Positions 1 to 10,067 of a DNA stretch of 60,268 nt are shown here, one piece after another. The notes under the pieces are model-generated. The model saw only the letters and a program-made list of their open reading frames with translations, was not told where the DNA came from and did not search any database. Position 1 is the stretch's first letter. Each line of letters begins with the position of its first letter. This DNA comes from Craspedostauros australis (lineage: Eukaryota), in the NCBI GenBank assembly GCA_030167865.1, contig JALAGF010001672.1, forward strand, positions 1-60,268, given 5' to 3'. Both the position numbers and the translations under genes were made by a program.

Positions 1-2
1 CA

Positions 3-227
3 ACTCTCCCAGAGTACGCATTTGATGAATTCGACGGCCTCGACCTACTTGGAGACAACTTGTTGGGGACCGGCCTGAATGAGCCAATGAAGGAGGACAG
101 CAATGACGAGGACAGCAGCTACGAGGACAGCAATGATGAGGGCAGCAATGATGAGGACAGCAGCGACGAGGACAGCAGCGAGGAAGAGGACAGCAGCGAC
201 GAGGACACCAGCGAGGAAGAGGATTGA
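3..227 (+). CDS. 3' end of a gene entering from upstream of the window; acidic Asp/Glu/Ser-repeat C-terminal tail
   Basis: Frame 3 is open from position 3 to TGA at 225-227 and reads TLPEYAFDEFDGLDLLGDNLLGTGLNEPMKEDSNDEDSSYEDSNDEGSNDEDSSDEDSSEEEDSSDEDTSEEED*. The AT-richer sequence after it is consistent with a 3' UTR. The start lies outside the window. Confidence 0.55.
   Translation, partial: TLPEYAFDEFDGLDLLGDNLLGTGLNEPMKEDSNDEDSSYEDSNDEGSNDEDSSDEDSSEEEDSSDEDTSEEED
93..224 (+). repeat. Degenerate ~15-bp coding tandem repeat (gaggacagcagcgac-like) encoding EDSSD/EDSND units
   Basis: About 8 imperfect units are directly visible, most starting gaggacagc. Confidence 0.85.
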
Positions 228-1623
228 TGACATCGTACCGAAATACATATAACAGTAAACAAGCCACACACACACTCTTGTACGCAGTAGCAAATAGTAA
301 ACCAGTAATTCGCCGCATACAAATAAGCAGCAAACATCAGTACTGTATGACAATGGAGCAAAATTCTGTTGTTCCATCCACTTAAAGGTCACGAAATGAA
401 TAGAAATATCGGGCATGGCAGTTTGCTCGCCTTTTCGCGATATTTTGATGTTGATGCAATTATATTTCAACACATGGCATTACCGCGCCTCCCGGCGCAA
501 TTCAGACATGCGATCGGTGGTGATGTGTAGCTGTTGCCGTTGACGAGAGAACAAGAGGAAACAAGCCCAACGGCCCAGCATGGACCCATTGCGCACTGTT
601 GGTGCTTGGTTGGCGTCGGTGATGTTGGTGATGTTTGATGGCGCGTTGTGTGCTATGTTTCCTTTTTCCGCGTTTGTTATTGTGCTGCCCAAAGTGTCCT
701 ACTCCGATACTGTACCGGGCGACGGATGAGAACGGTACCGAGAGTGCTGTGAGTGTAACGCTGGGACATTTGAGGCTTGATTGAAGATACAACCGTGAAA
801 ATAAAGCCTCCAAAGTGTTGTGTGAGCAGCGAACCACGGCTCTTTCCCGCGGCGTTGGGGCTAGAATGGCCCTTGATTCACATCCAGCTATTGTCATTTA
901 ACGATCGTGATTCGAGTTCGCGATGTTGAAATCGTGAGTCACCCATTCCTCCTCATGTTTTCACGTCAAAGTATCTCCTGAGATTCTCCCGCTTTGCTTT
1001 GGTGTCATCAGTACAGGTGCGTTTTGCGCGGTGCTTTCGCACCTTAGATGTTTGGCGGGCGTCCATGGTTATCTCTTGGCACGAGCAGCCTTCGACTTCG
1101 CTTCGTCTCTCTCCCTCCCTCCTTTCTCCTTGTGTAGCTCTTACCAGTACGTGTGCCATGATGTGTTTGTGTGAATGTGCGAGGAGATTTCATTTGCCTT
1201 CTCGTTGTTGTCGTTGAGACCCTTGGCCATGCCCAAGAAGCTGCGCAATCACATCAAGGCTTCGCGAACCAAACACAAAATCACATCACAGTTGACACCC
1301 AAGGCAGGAAGCAGAAAGCAAGAGCAGAAGCCGTATTCTCTACCTCATTGAAGCAGCTGCCCTTGGAGCCGCAGCCCTCACAGAGCCATCACCCAAGACG
1401 GCTTGGCCACGGCAAGTTGCCAATCAACCATTGTCCAGCGAGGCGATCATTTGATCACCAACCCTCCGCATCGTTCCCAAACGAGCAACAGATCACTCAC
1501 ACACCCACATCAGTGCGCCCACATCAGTAGTAGCACCCCCGCAACCCACCTGGCTCCTCTGTTGCTCTGCACATCTCCAAACACAGCAAGAGACGAAGTT
1601 GGCGATCGAAGGTGATATGCACA

Positions 1624-2898
1624 ATGCACCATACATTCATGACGGAGCCAGCATTTTCCAGGACCTCGTCCTCATCGTCGCTGGAGTCGGTGCTGTCAGT
1701 CTGCACGTTTGACTCGCCGGTGCATCAGAGAGTCATGCTGGACGCCGACATGCGTCCAAGGCGCACCGTCTCCCTGGAGGGGCCAGTGGATGTGGGCTCG
1801 CCGCCACCATCTCGAGGTCGCAGGCGACGACGCAGAGTTCAGTTCGATCTGAACCGCACGACGGTGCACACGATCCCTGCCAGACCGCACAGCAACAACG
1901 CGCACATCGATGAAGACCGAGATTCACAGATCGATCGCAGCGGCAGCTCGGACGACTATGACGGCGAGCTTGAGACGACCAATCAGGCTGAGAATGACGA
2001 CGGCGACGACAACGGTGACAGCCACAGAAGCGAGACGGATGATGGATGCGACCATGCGGATCATCCCACCGCGCATTGCGTGCGGACGGGCGCATTGGTG
2101 GAAGAAGCGCTGAGGTGCATCCGCGATGAACCTTGTGTCCTGCCTCCTTCTTCGACAACGCGATTCATGAACCAACGGAGGAGACGGCGGTATCGAAGGA
2201 AGGGCCATAGCAGTTCCACATCTCACTTCGCATTCCCACCCGTCCACGATGCAGCAGGGTCGAAGGACGACTTGGCGCTCGATCAAGGCTTTCAGGCGTG
2301 GTTGGGGGCGAATGATGGCGACAACGTTTCCATGAACAATCAAGGGGGTCTTCGGTTAGCCCGATTCGGTGGTGGAATGGAAGAGTACGGAGGTCGCAGC
2401 ATCAGCGATGGTGATCTCAACTACGACAACGTTGGACTGGGATATCACTCTGCCAGCTCATCATCTTCGTCCAGTTCGCAGGAACAGGGACGCGCGAAGG
2501 ATCTCCCAGCATCCCACAACGCTGCTCAACCCCTGCCGTTCGGAAGCCTCCAATTCCCATGCCTCGATGACGAAGTGCTGAACGGTGGCAAAGGCAGCGA
2601 TGACAGCAACGTGCGCGACCTGCCTCCGCTGCAACCAAAGCCAACCCACGAATATCGCAATCGCTTCGTCCAGCTCGACGAAGCCACCGGTCCACAGAAG
2701 CTTCGCTGCAAACGGCTGCCTCAGGGGGGAGACTTCCATTTTGGAGTGGATCACGGCAACAGCGACACTGACGCGGATTCTCAAACCAAGCTGTCGCCGA
2801 ACAGTCTCATGTCCTTCCTCGTTCCACCGGTTGCCCCGAAACGGGACATGGCCCCACTACCTCCTCGTCGACGACGCAGCTCATCGTCGCAGGACTGA
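1624..2898 (+). CDS. Hypothetical low-complexity protein with an RVxF-like motif and a C-terminal PxxPRRRRS motif
   Basis: First ATG in the long ORF is at 1624 (424 aa). Contains RRRRRRVQFDLNRTTVHTIP and ends PPVAPKRDMAPLPPRRRRSSSSQD. Composition is disordered and D/S-rich. Confidence 0.7.
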   Translation: MHHTFMTEPAFSRTSSSSSLESVLSVCTFDSPVHQRVMLDADMRPRRTVSLEGPVDVGSPPPSRGRRRRRRVQFDLNRTTVHTIPARPHSNNAHIDEDRDSQIDRSGSSDDYDGELETTNQAENDDGDDNGDSHRSETDDGCDHADHPTAHCVRTGALVEEALRCIRDEPCVLPPSSTTRFMNQRRRRRYRRKGHSSSTSHFAFPPVHDAAGSKDDLALDQGFQAWLGANDGDNVSMNNQGGLRLARFGGGMEEYGGRSISDGDLNYDNVGLGYHSASSSSSSSSQEQGRAKDLPASHNAAQPLPFGSLQFPCLDDEVLNGGKGSDDSNVRDLPPLQPKPTHEYRNRFVQLDEATGPQKLRCKRLPQGGDFHFGVDHGNSDTDADSQTKLSPNSLMSFLVPPVAPKRDMAPLPPRRRRSSSSQD

Positions 2899-3127
2899 GC
2901 GCAGAGTGGTCGTCATGGGTCACAGTCACAGAGTAATGCAGCAGCACTCATAGAACGATCGTGAACGTCCCAAACACTCCTTTTTGTGTTCTTTTCGTGT
3001 GATGAGAATTCCTTCTTCGCAATCAGCGTTGGTGAAGGGCCAACTACGAGTACACTACACTACACTACACTGAAGCAAAGCACCTGCCACTGCAATACTC
3101 TTCATCCCAAATGAACAGCTACTGACT

Positions 3128-4930
3128 TTATGTCCCCCGAAATTCATCATGCTCAAATCGCCCCCGCTGCTTCTCTGGTGTGGCCCTGGGATAGAACGTG
3201 CCGATGCCGTGCATCTTGCCATTCTCGAAGGATCCGGCGTAGGTGTCGCCATTGTCGAAGCGGGCGACGCCGATCCCGTGTGGCAAGAACACGCTGGGAT
3301 CTTCCCTGGATGGCATGACGGGGCCGCTGTACTTGACGTGCATGCCGCGCACTTGGAAGTCGAAATGTCGCACGCGTGTGGGTGTGCTTTGGGCCATAAC
3401 TTCGTCCTCGAATGTGACTTGGCGTTTGAGCTTCTGCTGCGCCAGGCTGATGTTGTCTGGCGTCCCCGGTGGTCTTCGGTAGCCCATGATGTGACGTGGC
3501 GATGGGGCTGTCTTTCTCGGCGTAATGTAGCTGCTGTTGTTGTTGTTGTTGTAGCTATGCTGGCTCTGGCTCTGGCTCTGACTGATGATGCTGTCATCCA
3601 TGGAAGGTCCCTTCATGATCATGGCTTCGACGCTTTCGGGTGGCTCCCCTTTCTCGGCCACTTGCTTCACCTGAACCGCCCGGTCGTCGTCTTGACGACC
3701 CGGCGTATTCTGCTGCTGTTGTTGTGTCTCGGAAGATGCAAGATCTGATCTGGAGATCATGGAGAACGACTGGGACATGGAGAGCGACATGGACATCGAA
3801 GGAAGCGGCCTGGGCGATTGCTGCGATGCGTTGGATCCGCTGTACTTGCTGGTGAGATCGATGACGGACATGTCTGTCTGCTGTTGTTGTTCTGGCGTTT
3901 GCTGTTGTTGTTCTGGCGTTTGTTGTGGCGGAGTCGATGGAGACAGCGGTTCACGATTGCCGCCATGATTCGGACTGGTGACATTCTTATTGCTGCTGTG
4001 GTTGTTGACACGACCTTGCGCATTCCCATTGTCACCATAGTCTTGTTCCTCCTCCGAAATGACGGAGATCGGCTCCTTGAAGGAGCGACCCAACGGATCA
4101 TCGAGCAGACCTCCAATCTGCTTACGCAGATCCCGCACGGTCGCCTGCAGCAGACCGATCTGCTCCGCCTGCTTCTCGATGAGGATCGTCTGCAATCGAA
4201 TCTCCTCGTCCTTGCACCCGCACAGATCGCATGGTTTCAAGGAAGGATGCAGGCTGTTGCCATCCGTTTGATGTTGGGAGAAGTGCTGCAGGACGGATTG
4301 CGTACGCATGTGATGATGGCTGTGTTGCGCATCATCATCATCATCATCGTCGTCCTCCTCTTCCGATGAGATAGAATGCTCCTCCTTCTTCTCTTCGCCA
4401 TCATGCGATGAGAACGAGAACGGGGACGACGTCGACGCCGCCGACGAATCCAGAATGGGCGACAGAGGTGCGCCCACCGTCGGTTCCTGCCTCAGAAAGT
4501 GCGGATTGGACAGACTGGAGATGGTGGATTTGCTGGACAATCCGGAGGAAGCGTTGGGCAGCGACAGCCGTTCGTGAGGCACCATGACGAGGGCGTCCTT
4601 GGGCAGCGACGCCGGCGGATCGGCCCGGTGAATGACCATGCCTCTGCCATTGCTGTTCATCGTCTTTTTGGGGACAAGCATGCCGACTCCGGCACCCAGA
4701 TTGGCAGGTGCGTCTTCGCCCGTAGTGTGCTGCATCTCGGTGAGCTGTTGTGGCTGCGGATGCGTGAGTTGCTGTCGCTCTCCAGCAGCTGCGGCGGCCC
4801 TGTTCTCGACAGAGGGAGACTGCGTCGCCGATAAGGTGCCTTGCGTCGTTGGCGGGTCATTCGCCCCGAAGATGCCGTTCGACGTGAACTCCGTCGATGG
4901 CCAAAACGAGTTGCTGAACACGGATGTCAT
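3128..4930 (-). CDS. Coiled-coil plus C-terminal MORN-repeat protein (array member 1)
   Basis: 600-aa ORF. CDLCGCKD is followed by the heptad IRLQTILIEKQAEQIGLLQATVRDLRKQ. The C-terminus YSGP...LPHGIGVARFDNGDTYAGSFENGKMHGIGTFYP matches the MORN consensus YxGxF/WxxGxxHGxG. Confidence 0.85.
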   Translation of the reverse strand: MTSVFSNSFWPSTEFTSNGIFGANDPPTTQGTLSATQSPSVENRAAAAAGERQQLTHPQPQQLTEMQHTTGEDAPANLGAGVGMLVPKKTMNSNGRGMVIHRADPPASLPKDALVMVPHERLSLPNASSGLSSKSTISSLSNPHFLRQEPTVGAPLSPILDSSAASTSSPFSFSSHDGEEKKEEHSISSEEEDDDDDDDDAQHSHHHMRTQSVLQHFSQHQTDGNSLHPSLKPCDLCGCKDEEIRLQTILIEKQAEQIGLLQATVRDLRKQIGGLLDDPLGRSFKEPISVISEEEQDYGDNGNAQGRVNNHSSNKNVTSPNHGGNREPLSPSTPPQQTPEQQQQTPEQQQQTDMSVIDLTSKYSGSNASQQSPRPLPSMSMSLSMSQSFSMISRSDLASSETQQQQQNTPGRQDDDRAVQVKQVAEKGEPPESVEAMIMKGPSMDDSIISQSQSQSQHSYNNNNNSSYITPRKTAPSPRHIMGYRRPPGTPDNISLAQQKLKRQVTFEDEVMAQSTPTRVRHFDFQVRGMHVKYSGPVMPSREDPSVFLPHGIGVARFDNGDTYAGSFENGKMHGIGTFYPRATPEKQRGRFEHDEFRGT

Positions 4931-5686
4931 CGCCCCTCTCAGATCCCCTTGATGCGTTGCTTGTGATTGATGATTGATGATTGATGGTCGGCACCCTTGG
5001 AAGGCACTGCTCTACTCTGACAATACGTTGAGTATGCAGATGTCACAGGTAATGAGACCCCCACAATCACTGTTCAATACTGCGATTGAGGGTGGAATAA
5101 TGAATGATTTCGTCGTCAAGGCGCAAGTGATTACTTTCACCTCAAATGCAGAATGCAGAATGCACAATACAGAATGCGCAATGGAAATGGAGATTCATGT
5201 GGGGTTCAGTTTGTTGGAGCAGAGTGGGATGCCTCCAACGGTGCGTTCTGGGCCGCTTCTGACCTCCTCTCATTCAAAACACGCACGGACAGATGATGAT
5301 TAGCATTCCACGTTGGTGTGATACTTCCGCCCATCGGCCTCGCGTGGTTCAAAACCCGTGGCGATAAAAGGGGTTCGTGTCAGGCGCGTTAGACGTTATT
5401 TACGGTTATGTCGGTGTATGATTCGAGGTTTCAAATTCGAGCAAAAACAACTCGTCAGAAAATTGCCCTGGAAGAACATAGCAACAATTTACGGCCATCA
5501 TCATGCTCGTAGCAACAGGATTTGGATGGTGGAGGTGCGAGTGCCTGCTCCAAGATTATTACCATAGAGCAGAGCGATTCATTTCTGCTCCTCTATCCCA
5601 ATGCAGGAACTGTTCTCCCATTCCCTTTTCATGCGTCTTACTATACGACCCAGGGCTCTCCCATCCCCCCACCCCTACCCGCATCA

Positions 5687-6961
5687 TCACTGAACCAACC
5701 GATTGCGATCAAACCGCCCACGCTGACTCGGCGGCGCGTCAACGACCCCATCCTCTTTGGCCGGATACAAGGCGCCGAGACCATGCATCATGCCCATATG
5801 GAATTCCCCGGCGTACAGTTCCCCCGACTCGAACCGCGCCACGCCAACACCATGCGGAATCAGCGTGTGCGGATCGTCTGGCAGCGTCGTCGTGGGGCCG
5901 CTGTACCGCACCGTCTCGTCGCGCATTTGGACGAAGTGGTTGCGCACGCGTTGTGGTGACGACGTTGATAGCGGGGAGACGGCGCTGTGTTGCGGCGCCG
6001 TGTTCAATCGGCGCGGCGGTGTGCTGTACGCAGTCGATGGCAGGCTCGTCGTCACGTTGTTCTTGGGGCTGCGTGAGCTGCTCGTGGTGGCAGCCGTGTC
6101 CACACTGCTCGTTCGAAGAAATCGGTGATTGCTTGTTTTCGTTGGTGATTCTGGCGGGTCCGACCTGCCACGCGGTTTGGAGATGGGACTCTCGGTTACG
6201 TATCGTGGCGCTTCCACGTACATGCGAGCGACCGTCAAATCGACGGCGTTGCCTGTCTTGTGCTTTGGTTTCTGCGTCAGTTGAGGCGGTGCAAGTCTGT
6301 CTCGCGCTTGCTTCGATATTTGTGGCGGCCATTCCAATTCGTCGTCCATGATAGCAAGCGTTTGTTGGCGGTGCCGCAGAAGCGACGACCTGTGCTCCAC
6401 GGCCTGCTGCACTTGATCCTCCTTGCTCTCCTCCAGCAGAGTCCGAACCATGCGGCGGTACGACTGCTCCTGCTGCTGCAGGAAGGAATTGCGGTTGCGC
6501 AGCTGGTTCATCTCCTGCTCCATCCTGGAGATGGTCTCGTTCTGCCGTTCGATCAACGCCAGCTGATGCCGGATCTGATTCTGATTCTCGACGCAGCATG
6601 GCCGTCTGATTGGCACCTCCTGCTCATCGTGTGACTGCGAAAGATCGATGACGTGTTCCGGTCGGGGACTCTTCGATCGACGCCAGAAGGCGCGGCGAGA
6701 CTTGGATTTGCTTTTCGAAGCGCGAAAGTCCTTGGTGCTCGCGATTGGGTTGGACGTTGGTGGTTCCATGCCTCTGGAAGCCTGCGGCGTCACGACGGGC
6801 CGGGACGTCACATGGCGATCTGGTTTGGGATCCGCGCTCTTGCGTTGGGCGGCATAGATGCCTCGGTTGGGCGCAACACCGCGAGGCTCTCGTCGACGCG
6901 ATGGTTGCGAAGGTGGTTCCGGAGTCGACCACAACGTCACCAGCCATCCCAGGAAGTCCAT
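5687..6961 (-). CDS. Coiled-coil plus C-terminal MORN-repeat protein (array member 2)
   Basis: 424-aa ORF. Coiled coil PCCVENQNQIRHQLALIERQNETISRMEQEMNQLR. C-terminus RVRNHF...VRYSGP...IPHGVGVARFESGELYAGEFHMGMMHGLGALYP...RGRF is clearly paralogous to 3128-4930. Confidence 0.85.
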   Translation of the reverse strand: MDFLGWLVTLWSTPEPPSQPSRRREPRGVAPNRGIYAAQRKSADPKPDRHVTSRPVVTPQASRGMEPPTSNPIASTKDFRASKSKSKSRRAFWRRSKSPRPEHVIDLSQSHDEQEVPIRRPCCVENQNQIRHQLALIERQNETISRMEQEMNQLRNRNSFLQQQEQSYRRMVRTLLEESKEDQVQQAVEHRSSLLRHRQQTLAIMDDELEWPPQISKQARDRLAPPQLTQKPKHKTGNAVDLTVARMYVEAPRYVTESPISKPRGRSDPPESPTKTSNHRFLRTSSVDTAATTSSSRSPKNNVTTSLPSTAYSTPPRRLNTAPQHSAVSPLSTSSPQRVRNHFVQMRDETVRYSGPTTTLPDDPHTLIPHGVGVARFESGELYAGEFHMGMMHGLGALYPAKEDGVVDAPPSQRGRFDRNRLVQ

Positions 6962-8172
6962 TGCACTGTGATTCTGTGTTTGCAGTGTTGTTGATTCTGT
7001 GTTGATGTTGTGATGGTGAAGTATCTGAGCTATGACAGCGACGATGGCAGTGACAACAGCACGGGCATCAAGCGTCGGAGCGACGAATTGGACGAGGAAG
7101 TGGGTTGCATGTAACCAGGAGTTCCAGTGTCATTCGTGAGAGGCCCGTTGGTTACCCTTCACGCTGATGGTGAAGCGTACTCGTCCTGTGACAGTCTGCG
7201 ATTATATTGACAAGGCGAAGCCTGATTCAATTTGAAAGCAGCAGGAGTATGGAAGAGGAAGAACGGTATCATCCCACATGCCATCTATCCTCACTGCCTC
7301 CTGTGCGAACATTGTATCCACGCATGCACGCATCGATGGCCATGAAGACGATCTGTTTCGCAAAAACCTGGAAGAATTGTGACGTTGGACAGCCGTTGGG
7401 GTGCGCTCTGAATCGTCGAAAACGTGACATGATGCGAAGCTCGGTGTAAAATCCGGACACATGCGCGCAAGACTCATCGGAATGCCACATGTTTGGAAAC
7501 TGAGGTGCGTGATGGGATGAACGGTTTTACACGACCGTATGGATGAGGTGGGCATACCAGAACGTGCCTCATGCCAATTCAACTGAAGACGTCTGTCGAC
7601 ATGGAGCTGGAATCAGGCAGATGCTCGTCAGATGGGAATGAAGTACTGGCAGGTCTGTTGCTCTGGGGGGCTCCTGTGCGTCATCTCCTTATCATTCATA
7701 CTCGTATGCGTGCAGATGGAGAATGCACAGAGTGCTCGAATAGTAATCAATCTCAATGGATACGTAGAGTATTAGATAGTTTGCAGATAACTATGATAGA
7801 ATCCGGCAAGCCGTTGATGTGCCAGCCGAAAATCCGAGCGCATGGATGGGTCCAGTCGCCAATACGTCCTTGCCGTTCGCACGATGAACGACAAGTGATG
7901 GATGCGCGATCCGATCATTGATTGGAAATGAAGATGATGGCGGTGCATTTCGCCGATTATTCAAATGGGAGAGGTGAATCGATAGAGCAGATTGCTCGAC
8001 AGCGACAGAGGCGGTTGCTTCATGAACCTTCCTCCGTCACCTTCCTATCTCCCATTGTATAATGTGATAGGTACTATGTGGAAAACCTGCGTCAGCTTGT
8101 GCGTCGCAAGGGGGACGCAGTTGATGAGATCGCGGCTAAGTTGCGCGGAATTGGAGCATGCAACCAGCCAAC

Positions 8173-9261
8173 TTACTGGCTCATGTCTTCACCGTCGCTG
8201 CCAATCGTGTCCTCTTCTGCCTGGATCTCGATGGAGTTCTCTTCTGGAATAGTGGAGCAACCGATCTCAACCCCAAAGTCTTCCGACACGATCGTGGTGA
8301 ACTGGTGGAAGCTTGTTCTCTGTGTGAGCTCGAAGATCTCTTCTATCTCTGTGTCTTCCTCTGTCTCTTCACGTTGCTCCTCCTCTTGCTGCTGCTCGTT
8401 CGTAACCTCTTCTTCCTCCATCAGCGAGCTGACGGTGTACTTATCGTCAACCTCCGTTGGCTCTGCAACCTCAACTTGCTGTTCCTCCTCCGAATCGCTG
8501 GCGTCGTCTGCCACGGTCTCGTCGTCCGTCTCGGCATCCATATCCACAAGGGACTTGATCACTGGCTCCACGACGGGTTCCACAACTGGCTCCACAACTG
8601 GCTCCTCGATGGGTTTCTCAACTGGCTGAGCCTTGGCCTTGGATCCAATTTGCACCCTGTCGATGGTGAAGTTCCACGACCAACCACCCTTCAAATCCGA
8701 GAGCGATGGTTTGGAGGGAGATTTCTTCGTTGGGGCAGTGGTCTTGGTGACGACGGTGGGGCTAGCGACGGGCACCTCGACGACGGGCACCTCGACGACA
8801 GGCGGCTCTTCCACCACTTCCTCCGTCACAACGACTTCCTCCTTGTTCGCACGCTTACGCTCGGCCGCCTTGGCCTTGGCACGCTGCACGAGCGCCTGTG
8901 TGGAACCGCGCAGACCGTTGACCTCTTCCTCGAGCTTGCGAATCAAATCGGCCTGCCTGTAGATCATGAGCTCCTTGATGCTGTCGTCGTTGGGATTGAG
9001 GCCAGCATCGAAGCTGTCTGCGACTGGCACGACGCGCTTGTGAATGGCGGCCGGTGGATCATGGCAGACGGTGCGGCGCGGGTAGCCGAACTCTTGCTTG
9101 GTGTCGGCAGGGATGCGCGTTCCGGCCGCTCGTCTCTCTTCGACGAGCTCGAGGATGCTCTTTGGTGCAGCCTTGATCTCCTCTGGGGTTGGGTCGGCCT
9201 CGACGTCGGTTGGGAGCGACGTGGTGGTGCTGAAGCACGGCATGAAGGCGACGTTGATCAT
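8173..9261 (-). CDS. Acidic coiled-coil protein, probable divergent MORN-less member of the array
   Basis: ATG at 9261 (MINVAFMPCF, 362 aa). The upstream part of the longer called ORF looks like an aac-rich 5' UTR. The coiled coil DDSIKELMIYRQADLIRKLEEEVNGLR resembles those of the neighbours. It has EPVV repeats and an E-rich tail but no MORN motif. Confidence 0.75.
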   Translation of the reverse strand: MINVAFMPCFSTTTSLPTDVEADPTPEEIKAAPKSILELVEERRAAGTRIPADTKQEFGYPRRTVCHDPPAAIHKRVVPVADSFDAGLNPNDDSIKELMIYRQADLIRKLEEEVNGLRGSTQALVQRAKAKAAERKRANKEEVVVTEEVVEEPPVVEVPVVEVPVASPTVVTKTTAPTKKSPSKPSLSDLKGGWSWNFTIDRVQIGSKAKAQPVEKPIEEPVVEPVVEPVVEPVIKSLVDMDAETDDETVADDASDSEEEQQVEVAEPTEVDDKYTVSSLMEEEEVTNEQQQEEEQREETEEDTEIEEIFELTQRTSFHQFTTIVSEDFGVEIGCSTIPEENSIEIQAEEDTIGSDGEDMSQ

Positions 9262-10067
9262 GATTGCAGAGGGTGAGAGGGTGATGGATCGGCGATGGAT
9301 GGGTGATGGAGATAGAAGTGGGGAATGGAAATAGAGTGGGAAAGATGTGAAGTTTCTTGAAACAATGAATGTCAAGGTTGGAAGGTGACTTGGTTCGCTT
9401 GTTGTGTTTGTGCTGTTTGTGTTTGTGTCTGTTGCAGTGTTGGTTGTTATGAAGATCTCACCACTGATGAGGATGCCGCTGCCGCTGATGATGCGCAAGT
9501 GCGCTGAGAATGATGGTGAAGTTCCACCATGGAATTTTGCCAGATCCGTCCGAACCACGAAGTTTTCACGTTGCGGAGAGAGGAGATGGCGAGTGACGAA
9601 ACCAACAAAAATCTTGGCGGTTGGGAGCCGATGTTCTCGTCAAATTTATCGAAGCATGCGCAGCTCAACCGACAACGCGTCATAGTGAGAGCGCGCGCGG
9701 TTCCGCATCATACAAAGTTTTGTGTGTGGTCAATGTCGAATCGTTGAAAATTAGAAATTCACACATACAACAGTGTGCGCGCAACGAATCTGCAGAGGTT
9801 CTCGCTCGGCTTGGCGCCAAAATGTCCACGACAAAAAACTTGAGCATGCTTCCCATAAATTCACTTTCTTCCTCCTCTTGGAGCGGTACTTTTGTGCATG
9901 TGTGGAAATGTGATTGGCATGTCGGTCAGTGGTGATGTGAAGTGGAATAGATGTGCTGCTACTATTACAGGTTTGCAAGTTAGGCAAAGTGATGGCACCT
10001 CCAAGAGGCCAAACACAAATAGCGAAGATCAGGCCGCCGTGAACGGACGTTGATCCTTACATGCAAG

